A DNA stretch of 34,997 bases, from the IMG/VR virus record IMGVR_UViG_3300020162_001113, positions 1 through 34,997 of that record, one strand, 5' to 3'. This stretch comes from a virus (lineage: Duplodnaviria > Caudoviricetes). Position numbers and translations under genes: made by a program. A model generated the notes under the pieces. It searched no databases. It worked only from the letters and a program-made list of their open reading frames with translations, and was not told the origin of the DNA. Shown piece after piece: positions 9,701 to 17,718 of the stretch. Position 1 is the stretch's first letter, and each line of letters opens with the position of its first letter.

Positions 9701-12700
9701 AAACAGAGGCTGCAGTTGTAGAAAAAGCCGAAACAGCCTCTACAACAAAACTTACTGGTGCAAAAGAAGCTTTGACTGGCGCAACGGTAAAAGAAACAAC
9801 AGCGGCTACTGTTGACGAGCAAATTACAAAAGCACTGGGTAAAACTAAAGTAGCTCAAATTGCTAAACTAGAAAGCCAGATTGCAACAATGACTGCCGAG
9901 CAGTTGGCATCGGAAAGCGGCTTAAAGGTGCAAGCTGCTCAGAAAGAACTGAAGACAAAATTAAATACGCTTGTAAAAGCACAAACTGAAGCAGCTGCTG
10001 CTCAAGCAAATGCTGAAGAGCTGGGTCGTGCTTCAACAAGCAGATTGAAAACAGCCAAAGAAAAGCTTGCATCAGCAACACAGAACGCAAAAATTGCAAC
10101 TGAAAAGTTGGCTAAGGCAGTAGTTGCTGCATCTACAGATGTTGCTGCAGTAGCGCCAGCTCTAACAGGTGCTGCATCTAGTGCAGCTTCTGGTTCTAGT
10201 GCAGGATCAGCTGGTACGCCTAAAGCTCCAAGAACACCAAGACCAAGAACCCCTGCTGCTGCAATCCCTGCGTCTGCTAGTGGCGGTAGTGCAATTGTTA
10301 AAGCAATTGAAAAGCAGACATTGCAGTTTGATAGCTCCCTTGCTAACTTCTTTAAAGGACCGAACTTCTTCCAGGGTCCAAACATTTTCCAAGGGAAATT
10401 GATTAGTGCAGATAAATTAAATCTTAAGATTAAAGATTCTGCAAAAGCAGCTAAGGATGCAGCTAAAGCTTTGCCTGCTGATGACCCATTGGTTGTCAAA
10501 GCAAAAGCTAGACAAAATTATAAGGCACTAAAAGACAGAATTGAATCAAGAACTGGTGTCCCTCTATCTGAAGAAAGGCTTGAAAGGCTTAAGAGATTAA
10601 CTGGCGTAAGAACTCCGACAAAACTTCCTGCTGTTATGGAAGATGCTAGAGCAGCTAGAGCGGCAACAAGAGCTGCAGACATTCGTGCTCGTGTTTTGAG
10701 CAGTGTTGCTGCATCAAGAGCAGCTACCGCTTCATCTGGGGCTAAGGCTGCATTTAGAGGCATGGACATGTCCAGTCTTGACAAGGTTAAGAGCAAGCTG
10801 AGTTCATTTAATAAGATGATAACTGGTTCAATTGCTGGTGGATTTAACAAGGGCTTCTCTTTGGCTGGGAATGGTTTAACAAGATTTGCTCAGTTGTATG
10901 TCAAGACGATGTTAAGCACAGTTGCATCTGGCACTGATATGTCAATGAAAGTTGCCAAGTCAATGACATACCTATTGTCTGGTGGAAGAAAGATTATTGA
11001 TGAAACTGGTCTCTTAGGAAGAGCTTTTAAAGCGCTTGCTGTTGTTAATAGAGTTTCAATGAATTCAATAAAGTCAAGCGCAGTAGAAACTGCATTTGTT
11101 ATGAGAGCGCTCGGCACAGTTGTTAAGAGCGAAGTTGCCCCAGCATTTTCAACAATGATTGCTTCATTAAGAAATAGTAAGATTATAAAAGCATGGACTT
11201 TCCTCCTGTTTACTGGAATGAACAAAGTCACGGGGGCATTGAGAGCCGCTAGTGCCGCAGCTGGTTTGTTTACATCTCATACAACAAGAATGAAAGCTGT
11301 TGGTGTTGCGCTTGACGCTGTTGCTAAGAAGAGAGTCGCTGCTGGTCTTGCAGAAACAATCCCTGTCTTCCAGAGACTTATTATTCAAGCAAGTGCTTAT
11401 ACTGGTATTGGAAGAGGATTGAAAGCAATCTTTGCAAGCCTTACCAAAACAATGTTTGCTGCTTTGACAATGGCTATCAAATTGAAATTTGCAATGCTCC
11501 TGATAGCTCCTGTATTTATTCTTATAGCTGGCTTTATCATGTCCATGAAGTCAGGTTTGGTCAAGAACAATGCGGCTGTTGAGAATTTCAAGAGTGCATG
11601 GGTTGCTATAAGAGAAGCAATCATAACTTTGTCAAAACCATTAATGGAGATGATTGGCAAGTTTGGTGGTTTGGGCAAGGCAAGCAACGGTGCCAACGCT
11701 GTATCTGGCGCACTGCACACTTTGTCAAGATTTGTGAAATATGTAGCAGATGGCTTTAGCAGGTTCGCTAAAGGTCCAGGAATGAGATACATGCAAGAAG
11801 TGATCGTTCCTGTACTAACAAGAATGATCAATAGATTTATTCTTCTAGGAAGAACCATCGCAGGTGTGTTTAGAGGCGATGCATCAGCTATCAAGAATTT
11901 TAAAGGTCTACTGTTGTCACTTGCTTATGAAGCATTTAATTCGCTGCAGAAGTTGTTTGGATATTTAGCTAATTTACTTCCAAAGCTTGGACCACTTCTG
12001 TCTTCTATGATTGAAGCGGTTCTAAATGCAACAATTGATGCATTTATGTACATAATGAATTTTGGAAAAGAAGTAGCGTTGTTCTTTGGTTCAATGATGA
12101 TTGGTATAGGTGGAGTTCTTTCTTTCTTCACTGGACCTGCAGGATTAGGTGTAGCCGCTATGGGTGCGGGGCTCATAGCAGCCGCTGGTGCCGCACATCT
12201 TCTTGATAAAAATATTGGAAGAGTGAAGTCTGGTGTGAAAGGTATTTCTACAACTATTGGAACTGGCATAGCTCAAGGTTTAGGCAAGGGTGCTGGCTTT
12301 ATAGAAGAAAATATATTTGGAAAGATAAAGAGAGCTATTGCTAGAAAGTACGGCGAAGCTATTGGCGCTGATGTTAACGCTGCATTGGCTTCGCAAATGT
12401 CAGACCCTGCTGATGTTAAGAAAGCACTGAACGACACACTCGGAGGTGCAGCAAAGAACGCACCAGGTGCAAAGGCGGCTGGTGAATCTTTGGGTGAAGC
12501 AATAGCTAAGGGTATAAAAGACAAACTCCTTTCGCTCAAGGAGGACTGGACTGGTTCTTTCTTTGGAAAAGCTGACGATCAAGTAGCGAAGATTACAGAA
12601 AATTATAAAGAAGCTATTGACAAACAAAAAGAAGAAGCACTGAAGGCTTTTGATACACAAGTTTCTGCTATTGAAGCACTCGGCAAAGCAGAAGAAGAAT

Positions 12701-15700
12701 TAACGGCGAAAATGGACTACGAAGAGAAGCGCCGTGAAATGATTCGCTCAAGAGCGCTGGACAAGGAAAACTATTTAAGAGAAAGAAAGATAGCCAAGTA
12801 TGAAGGTCGTACAGAAGATGTTCGCTCCTTGGATCTTTCATTTAGAAAATCAGACCAAGCCGCTGGTAAGGATATTACTAATCTAGATACAGAGAGGGCA
12901 AAGACACTTCAGGAACAACAGAGGTCAATTGCTATTGCAGTTATCAACCGTGAAAAAGATATCATGGCTCAATCGTTTGATGAAATGCAAAAGCAATTTG
13001 ATATTAACCTTGAAAAGATTTTGAACAAGGGTTTCTCAACAAAAGAAGAATTCAGCGCTCTGTTGAGTGAAATTGGTGGTGCTGTACAAGGCTTCTCTGG
13101 CGAATTAAACAAGACATTTGAAGGCGCAATGACATCGCTTCCTTCAATTATTAGAAATTCAACTGATCCATCAGTTGGGATGTTTAGCATGACCATGCAG
13201 AAACTGGTTGACCAGGCAAAGATTTCTTTTGGTGCGGAAGTAAGAACTGGTGATGCAAGCTCAATTCTTGGATCAGCATATGCAATGGCTAATGGAATGC
13301 CAGATGCATTCAAACAAGCTTTTAGTGAAGGTGTAATTTCTGAATCAGTAACTCCATTTATTGCAAAAATTTCAACAATAATGGGCGGGTTGAATGTAGA
13401 TGCTATTTGGATTGAAGCAGGCAGGTCAGCTACTGAAGCAATGATTGGCGAAATGAAACGCAAGCTTCGTGCTCTAAAGGGCGATCTTTATGATGAATTC
13501 AAGAATCTATTCGCAGGGATGAGTGCTGAATACAACCAGCTATTCCCAACACTTGAAAAGCTTGCAAAGGAAATTGCAAGAATAGAAGCAATTAGATCAC
13601 AATCTGGCAGTGGCGGTGGTGACTCTGGGTCAAAGGGCGGCGGAAGCGGTTATGACAGTTTAGGGAAAGAAGTGATTGGTGTTAAATCAGGAGAACACTT
13701 GGCAAGAAGACCTGTAGAAGATATCGGCTCAGCTATGGACCCTAAGAGCTTCTCTTTCTTTGGAATGTTGATTGACGGTGCAAAGAATCTTGCAAAAGCA
13801 CTTGGTCCTGTAAAAACAGCAATCCTCGGTGCTGTGGGTGTGATTGCAGGGTTTATGGCGTTGAAAGGTTTGTTTGTAATAATAACTGGAGCATTTGAAA
13901 CATTAATGCTTGCTGCAATGTATGCCGTACAGCCTATTGGTGTTGCGCTAGCTGGGGTGAGCGCAGTTGGTCTTGCTATTGCTGCTGCAGTAGGAGTCGC
14001 AGTTGGCGTTGTTATATACATGTACCTTAAGTTTAAATGGTTCAGAGATATGGTCAATGACACATTTAAGGATGTAATTGGTTTCTTTGTAACTGGCTTC
14101 CAGATGCTGAAAGATCCAGTTGTTAATTTCTTGTCTGGTGTATGGGATGCAGTTAAGCAGATTTTTGATTCGCTGTTTGGTCCAATTATTGATTTTGGCA
14201 AAAAGATAGTGATGGGAATTGTTGGAGCATTTGCTGGAATAGTTGTTGTGATAGTTGGTGCACTTCGTGGAATTTCAATTGCGCTTGACTTTATCAAGGT
14301 TCCATTGTTCAATATAATTGGCTGGATTATCAACCTTGCTACTGGAATAGTAGGTGTCCTTGCAGACATTATTTCTGGAGCGATTGACTTTGTTTATAAG
14401 ATTATCGGAGCACTCTTCACAGTTGGAATCGGTGGTCCAATCAAACTTATTATTGAAGCATTCAAGCTTGCATTTGACATTATTGTTGAAATAGTAAAGA
14501 TAGCTATTGATTTGATTACTAAGGCGTTTGGTTTCCTTAAGGATGCGCTGTCTGGTCCATTTGAAGTTGGATTTGGAATTATTAAAGATATCTTCAATAA
14601 GATAAAGGACATTGTTTCTGGCGTGATTGACTTTATAAAGAACCTGTTTGGCGGGGTTGATCTTATTGATGTAATTGAACCAGTAACTGCACCATTCAAA
14701 ATTGCATCTGGGGTTATCTCAGATATCTTTGGAAAAATACTTGGCACCATAAAGGGCACGCTGGAAGCCGTAGCTGGTGTTGTGATTTCTGTCTTCAATG
14801 CGATAACTACCAACCCAGTATTCATCTGGATTAGGGACTTCTTGTTTAGAGTTTTGATGCTAGGTATATTCATCGTGGCTATGGCTCTTCAAACCTTGTT
14901 CTTCATATGGAAGGGAATATTTGAAAAACTTATTGATATCATGAAGCCAGTCGGTAGCTTCATATGGGATGTGCTCTCAGCAGCCTTTGGAGCCCTACAA
15001 ACAGTTATTTCGGTAGTTGCAGAGGCAATTGGTGCAGCGTTTGGTTTTATAAAAGATATAGTTGTTGGAGTTTTTGGTTTTATTTATGAAACAATTAAAG
15101 GCTTTATTGATTGGTGGCATGAGAACATCGGCTCGCTTTGGTTGATATTTGTCGCAGTATTCGCAATCTTATACGAAGCAGCAAGATGGTTCTTTAGTTG
15201 GATGAAAGACACATTTGGACCAATACTTGCAAAAGTATGGGATGCATTTAAAGATGCTATTGGAGCTGTGTGGGATCTTATGAAGCAACTTGGGTCTTGG
15301 ATTGGAACAGCATTTAGCGTTGTCTGGGATGTAATCAAAAAAGCAGCATCACTTTATTGGGATTATTTAAATTTTGCTATTGAATTAGCTTGGGGTGCTA
15401 TGAAGACTGTAGCTTCATGGATTGGAACAGCATTTGGTTTAGTTTGGGGAGTGTTGAAGAAAGCGGCTTCATTATACTGGGATTACTTAAATTTCATCAT
15501 TCCGTTCCTTTGGGATGTTATGAAGAAAGTAGTGTCTTGGATTGGGACAGCATTTTCAAAAGCCTGGGATGTCATAAGTGTTGTTGCAACAAAAGCTTTT
15601 GAAATTCTTGGTGGTGCAATTAATCTTGTTTGGGAAATTATTAAAAATGGCTGGAGTGTTGTAAGAATTATATTTGAAAAGATCATAGATGTACTGCAAA

Positions 15701-17322
15701 ACCCACTAGCCGCTGCTTGGGGTTTCATAAAGGGAGCTATTGAATTAGTCTGGGGTGTTATAACCGACATGGTAGACGCTGTGCTCCCTCTTCTGAAAAC
15801 TATCGGTGATGTTGTAGGAGTTGTTCTCAAGGGTGCATGGGATATCCTGTCAAAGTCTATTAGTATAGTTTGGGATATTATTAAGTTTGGCTGGGATAAG
15901 ACCAAGCCTATATTTGATGGTCTCTGGGGAATCATCTGGAGAGTAATTGGTCCAGCTGTAAAGCTTCTTGGTCAACTTTTTGGTCTCTTATGGGATGGGA
16001 TCAAAGCAGCGTGGGGATTTGTTAAGCCAATATTTGACGCAATGTTTGACATTATCTCCAATGTCTTAAGCCCAGTAATTGATGCACTTGGCTTCTTATT
16101 CCAGAAAGTATGGGATGGCATCACAGCTGGCTGGGATTTAATCAAGCCAGTGTTTGATTGGATTTTAGATATTATTGTTAACTTTATCATGATGCAAGTT
16201 GAAGGTCTAAAAGTTATTTTTGATTTCTTGTGGGATGGAATTAAAGCTGGCTGGGGTTTGGTTGGTCCAATTTTTGATTTGATGGTAGATGTTATTAAAA
16301 ATGGAATTAAGGGCGCAATTGATATTGTAATGTTTTTATGGGATAACTTCTGGAATGGAATAAGAATTTCGTGGAGCTTCCTCAAGCCAATATTTGATTT
16401 CATTGTTGATGCAATTAAAAAAGGAATTGGATTTGCAATTGACTTAATAAAGAGAGGATGGGACTTATTCGTTGGGGCGTTAACTAGTACAAAAGATTTT
16501 ATTATTGGAATAATCCAGGCAATCGGCGGATTTATTAGAGATGGCATTCAATTTGCAATTGAAAAAGTAATAAGCGTGTGGAATGGGCTGAAAGATGCAT
16601 TTAGCGCCGTATGGACATTCATTCAGCCAATCATTTCCAAAATCGGAGACATGATTAAGAATGTAATCGGTGGAGCTATTGATTTCATCAAAGATGGTTT
16701 AAGTAAACTTGGGGATGCATTCAAGGGTTCCTTGAACTTGGTGATTAGGTTGATCAATAAGATGACTGGGTTTTCCTTTACAATGCCAGATTGGTTGAAG
16801 TGGGTTGGCATGGGTGCAATTGCTGGGAAGACATACAGCTTCAGAGATGTAATCCCAGCAATTCCTGAGTTGTATAACGGTGGAAAAGTTGGAATGTACA
16901 TGAAGGGCGGAATGGCATACGGGGCTGGCGGTATGACGAATGGTCCTGCCCAGCAAGGTATACCAGCTATTCTTCACGGCGGTGAATATGTAATTAACCA
17001 TAAAGCTGTCCAAAGAATTGGTACGGATGCATTGGATAGACTCAACAGCCTTAGACTCTCCAAGCCTAACTTGCCAACAATGCCATCTGTTCCAAGTATC
17101 AAGATGCCTAACGCTGGTATGAATGTTTCGTCAGCTGGACAAGCCAGCAGTTCTTCAACACAGAATGTAAACATCTATGTTGACAATTTCATCGGTGAGC
17201 CAGAATGGTTCAATTCAATGATGAAGGGCTACAACACCACGGTTCTCCCAAGAAACCAAAAAGCAGCTGGTCTTGAAAGTCGTGTAATAAACACATATAA
17301 TGGATTGAACAGAGGTCTGTAA
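3778..17322 (+). CDS. Tape measure protein, exceptionally long (4514 aa)
   Basis: Follows the chaperones; N-terminal TMP core (LADAFPEVSAAATTFGLSMTETAAML); several hydrophobic segments; long W/F-periodic amphipathic repeat region; C-terminal GG...PAILHGGEYV motif. Confidence 0.95.
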   Translation: MSDTGDSTTRIGIDASVTGAESVAGLTTNVVALSQQLVNLSQSATRSFSIQDSLNKALDRTRLSTGLVSNSLAEYRKSQVLTNRVVEQATQQLNSLSAAQAKVAASGKAMSPALSASYRQANSHLTSVVSSADSLNRVLKTNAIEKFGQKLQASGQIAQRTSYYFAAATAPLLMSLRSAFFSYARLDQETRRLTKLIADEFGTGAEAISKASDKVRLLGFELDKITAKYGTSRVLIQSLAGDFAELGVPDTAIVRLTEFTAAVEKLGNLDITQSQNFIQSIYQNILRVRRDMAAAEGYSLDLSSPKMMGQILSEVQGQLALFNMVENKTTLSLKDLADAFPEVSAAATTFGLSMTETAAMLAPMVAAGFQVGASANSIKVSLQRMVAMTKQNTGIIQGLNQALGDDFQYAAGVGMENIQQLVDGFNSLLSIKGEQGTLEFFSRLFGVRQGPRMETSVRQLAVFQKALDNTSSAEGKIAAQLESSVNARLTSHGYEAIAVKNILDLTKVHRRATEEVNGEYTIQARLVQQGQKDADAALRGAYTDTADYLSKVGTEAGKIFLVEAVGGVSAASIQMEQELSLAVDSVAVKFNKLKEAMLQIGRALAPIVDKVIGAILPVIQGIGDFLKKLSPFTQKIIGFLAFTLILIPQIRLLGATFKMAFGGIIGSLGKMLNAADGLGATLKGVRATSVSLAQILENPNIAKGYNKLTQLTDSQFLLQQDKNAPGYSKSFLGRRKMRPLDDSGLSQPVKELFANKGVVGPADKTSIKTLLGKSTKLGLPNTDELIRSMLTDMGTIPEKIAESTAKATEKAATSTAEKITKGLKGSIFQNNTFIGNKFGGGTAGPGGTGTGPRTPKTPATGGTPTKATPFFPTPDGKPIPKTPGFVTPRVSKPAPTGAAGPAIRSIFAGITAAISGMGGAPSAPSAPSTPAAPSRYLTDPRFNQASTRRISIPSAKDVAKTATIGAPIAATAERMAAEAKAQLDALGVTVQEEVAKTTEVVKEATKPKGKSPRGSPKKVKTTVEKAVGEAVSAATAPVAEVVEAVTEASTETPKKVEKAVKEVKNKAAAPKGGARKVKAKVEKAVGEAVVAAVAPIEETVASVAQVATETPKKVEKAVKEVKSKATAPKGGAKKAAKSVKKVAEQAVVAVEKTVAGVAEVVDNSAVAQAAVEKATAQAGKATKVASKVAKAPTGQAAIVKLSYKEIAKFFDDAGQAIPAEYEFIRTTNKEVELTKRAKGQFFKNLTEEFKKGSASPLGSLTRTSGSTGKPIYKLFNKEVNAQKNAYKSVVDELLTDRRALEQSVKVREQITQTMKDMTLKGGGAPAATSSSGMSKTAARRLARETKQAQEAITAMNATEALKLDAMPGVTPPPGVEEVYTTRPRAEIAELEQRLADAKANLKVAQKGSTDVANQLVDGFNKEISDLKDELVLAKSAIHEKIVPASPATSQLLNAQSVMMRDESPIQNLTSGRTARGAGIGPDNPIRYANQFSDQVGMMDRVMTSKGSPVALHPDIRAKILHDLEIEKLTQKILDSTDANIVRDLKFHMSEVAEDILDTDTNLTGTGGNRKATAAEIKKVKSAAARQMAENMGVDLTKYLPTSDQFDPAAESAILKNKKVVNGVTQFYKGIEHGGDELVAELASMQKDVSPANISAREKLARTFMRQREAISPSGSGGRTVSPIRKIISGGMGEAKAGVVTVGKLIEDSINETVNALPASISDAKRQLIRATASAVAISQPGAAVGDALQGGLKLVDQELTASQAKVVKGRLDLMRKQVLDLMSKDVAGFKTATITDSKGKITKFVSDAKSKAGVLLNKLAKGTALSVSDLGKAVEGVFVDSMGAASYAVTQVEKTKKGFRGFQFKDMAARVTETLDARVAAGTKAQASAANVGSGTAVGNRAAERQAAKEAQKVAQQKSKEEAAEIVKNIQAKRGDAVATEANTQATVENTAAEKVQTESKVKNTAATEVETTAKTEAAVVEKAETASTTKLTGAKEALTGATVKETTAATVDEQITKALGKTKVAQIAKLESQIATMTAEQLASESGLKVQAAQKELKTKLNTLVKAQTEAAAAQANAEELGRASTSRLKTAKEKLASATQNAKIATEKLAKAVVAASTDVAAVAPALTGAASSAASGSSAGSAGTPKAPRTPRPRTPAAAIPASASGGSAIVKAIEKQTLQFDSSLANFFKGPNFFQGPNIFQGKLISADKLNLKIKDSAKAAKDAAKALPADDPLVVKAKARQNYKALKDRIESRTGVPLSEERLERLKRLTGVRTPTKLPAVMEDARAARAATRAADIRARVLSSVAASRAATASSGAKAAFRGMDMSSLDKVKSKLSSFNKMITGSIAGGFNKGFSLAGNGLTRFAQLYVKTMLSTVASGTDMSMKVAKSMTYLLSGGRKIIDETGLLGRAFKALAVVNRVSMNSIKSSAVETAFVMRALGTVVKSEVAPAFSTMIASLRNSKIIKAWTFLLFTGMNKVTGALRAASAAAGLFTSHTTRMKAVGVALDAVAKKRVAAGLAETIPVFQRLIIQASAYTGIGRGLKAIFASLTKTMFAALTMAIKLKFAMLLIAPVFILIAGFIMSMKSGLVKNNAAVENFKSAWVAIREAIITLSKPLMEMIGKFGGLGKASNGANAVSGALHTLSRFVKYVADGFSRFAKGPGMRYMQEVIVPVLTRMINRFILLGRTIAGVFRGDASAIKNFKGLLLSLAYEAFNSLQKLFGYLANLLPKLGPLLSSMIEAVLNATIDAFMYIMNFGKEVALFFGSMMIGIGGVLSFFTGPAGLGVAAMGAGLIAAAGAAHLLDKNIGRVKSGVKGISTTIGTGIAQGLGKGAGFIEENIFGKIKRAIARKYGEAIGADVNAALASQMSDPADVKKALNDTLGGAAKNAPGAKAAGESLGEAIAKGIKDKLLSLKEDWTGSFFGKADDQVAKITENYKEAIDKQKEEALKAFDTQVSAIEALGKAEEELTAKMDYEEKRREMIRSRALDKENYLRERKIAKYEGRTEDVRSLDLSFRKSDQAAGKDITNLDTERAKTLQEQQRSIAIAVINREKDIMAQSFDEMQKQFDINLEKILNKGFSTKEEFSALLSEIGGAVQGFSGELNKTFEGAMTSLPSIIRNSTDPSVGMFSMTMQKLVDQAKISFGAEVRTGDASSILGSAYAMANGMPDAFKQAFSEGVISESVTPFIAKISTIMGGLNVDAIWIEAGRSATEAMIGEMKRKLRALKGDLYDEFKNLFAGMSAEYNQLFPTLEKLAKEIARIEAIRSQSGSGGGDSGSKGGGSGYDSLGKEVIGVKSGEHLARRPVEDIGSAMDPKSFSFFGMLIDGAKNLAKALGPVKTAILGAVGVIAGFMALKGLFVIITGAFETLMLAAMYAVQPIGVALAGVSAVGLAIAAAVGVAVGVVIYMYLKFKWFRDMVNDTFKDVIGFFVTGFQMLKDPVVNFLSGVWDAVKQIFDSLFGPIIDFGKKIVMGIVGAFAGIVVVIVGALRGISIALDFIKVPLFNIIGWIINLATGIVGVLADIISGAIDFVYKIIGALFTVGIGGPIKLIIEAFKLAFDIIVEIVKIAIDLITKAFGFLKDALSGPFEVGFGIIKDIFNKIKDIVSGVIDFIKNLFGGVDLIDVIEPVTAPFKIASGVISDIFGKILGTIKGTLEAVAGVVISVFNAITTNPVFIWIRDFLFRVLMLGIFIVAMALQTLFFIWKGIFEKLIDIMKPVGSFIWDVLSAAFGALQTVISVVAEAIGAAFGFIKDIVVGVFGFIYETIKGFIDWWHENIGSLWLIFVAVFAILYEAARWFFSWMKDTFGPILAKVWDAFKDAIGAVWDLMKQLGSWIGTAFSVVWDVIKKAASLYWDYLNFAIELAWGAMKTVASWIGTAFGLVWGVLKKAASLYWDYLNFIIPFLWDVMKKVVSWIGTAFSKAWDVISVVATKAFEILGGAINLVWEIIKNGWSVVRIIFEKIIDVLQNPLAAAWGFIKGAIELVWGVITDMVDAVLPLLKTIGDVVGVVLKGAWDILSKSISIVWDIIKFGWDKTKPIFDGLWGIIWRVIGPAVKLLGQLFGLLWDGIKAAWGFVKPIFDAMFDIISNVLSPVIDALGFLFQKVWDGITAGWDLIKPVFDWILDIIVNFIMMQVEGLKVIFDFLWDGIKAGWGLVGPIFDLMVDVIKNGIKGAIDIVMFLWDNFWNGIRISWSFLKPIFDFIVDAIKKGIGFAIDLIKRGWDLFVGALTSTKDFIIGIIQAIGGFIRDGIQFAIEKVISVWNGLKDAFSAVWTFIQPIISKIGDMIKNVIGGAIDFIKDGLSKLGDAFKGSLNLVIRLINKMTGFSFTMPDWLKWVGMGAIAGKTYSFRDVIPAIPELYNGGKVGMYMKGGMAYGAGGMTNGPAQQGIPAILHGGEYVINHKAVQRIGTDALDRLNSLRLSKPNLPTMPSVPSIKMPNAGMNVSSAGQASSSSTQNVNIYVDNFIGEPEWFNSMMKGYNTTVLPRNQKAAGLESRVINTYNGLNRGL
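6790..7240 (+). repeat. Intragenic 174-nt (58-aa) Lys/Ala/Val/Glu-rich tandem repeat, about 2.5 copies
   Basis: VEKAVGEAV at 6844 and 7018; ETPKKVEKAVKEVK at 6928 and 7102; both offsets are 174 nt. Confidence 0.85.
10345..10398 (+). repeat. 18-nt x3 repeat encoding NFFKGP-NFFQGP-NIFQGK
   Basis: Read directly in DNA and protein. Confidence 0.8.
15280..15575 (+). repeat. 120-nt (40-aa) tandem repeat, about 2.5 copies, in the tape measure
   Basis: IGTAF starts at 15301, 15421 and 15541; KKAASLYWDYLNF occurs twice. Confidence 0.88.
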
Positions 17323-17717
17323 TGTCTATATCTAATCTAATGACTATAAACGGAACAGAGGTGACTGAGCACAATAGAAAGTTCAGTATGTCTGAACAAA
17401 TTTCTGCTAATGAGGTTGACCTCGCCTCTGGTCATAGAAGAAGATATTATACTACAAACAAGAAACAATTCTCCCTTACATGGTCGTACCTACCAGATCT
17501 AGTTGCTAAAACTGTTGACAATAGAAGCGCTAGAAATTTTTTGTTTGGTATTGCAAACACAAGTGCTTTTGCAACAGTTGGGGTTGAATTAGAACCAGGA
17601 GCTGGTTTTGTTGAGTATGACTGCTATGTTGATTCTTACAGCGAGTCTTTAGTGAGAAGAGACTTGACAACTGGTTGTACTTATTATGATGTCTCTTTGA
17701 CATTGACGGAACGATAG
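17322..17717 (+). CDS. Distal tail (Dit-like) protein
   Basis: 131 aa, coupled directly after the tape measure (TAATG); FSLTWSYLP and terminal YDVSLTLTE resemble lambda gpM / Dit-type proteins. Confidence 0.7.
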   Translation: MSISNLMTINGTEVTEHNRKFSMSEQISANEVDLASGHRRRYYTTNKKQFSLTWSYLPDLVAKTVDNRSARNFLFGIANTSAFATVGVELEPGAGFVEYDCYVDSYSESLVRRDLTTGCTYYDVSLTLTER

Positions 17718-17718
17718 T

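Noticed and set aside
15280-15575. Regularly spaced direct repeats as a possible CRISPR array
   Set aside because: Degenerate, in-frame, 120-nt period coding repeats with no unique spacers and no cas genes
4704-17174. Many minus-strand ORFs (60-240 aa) opposite the tape measure gene
   Set aside because: Shadow ORFs caused by codon bias and low-complexity sequence; no RBS or recognisable motifs
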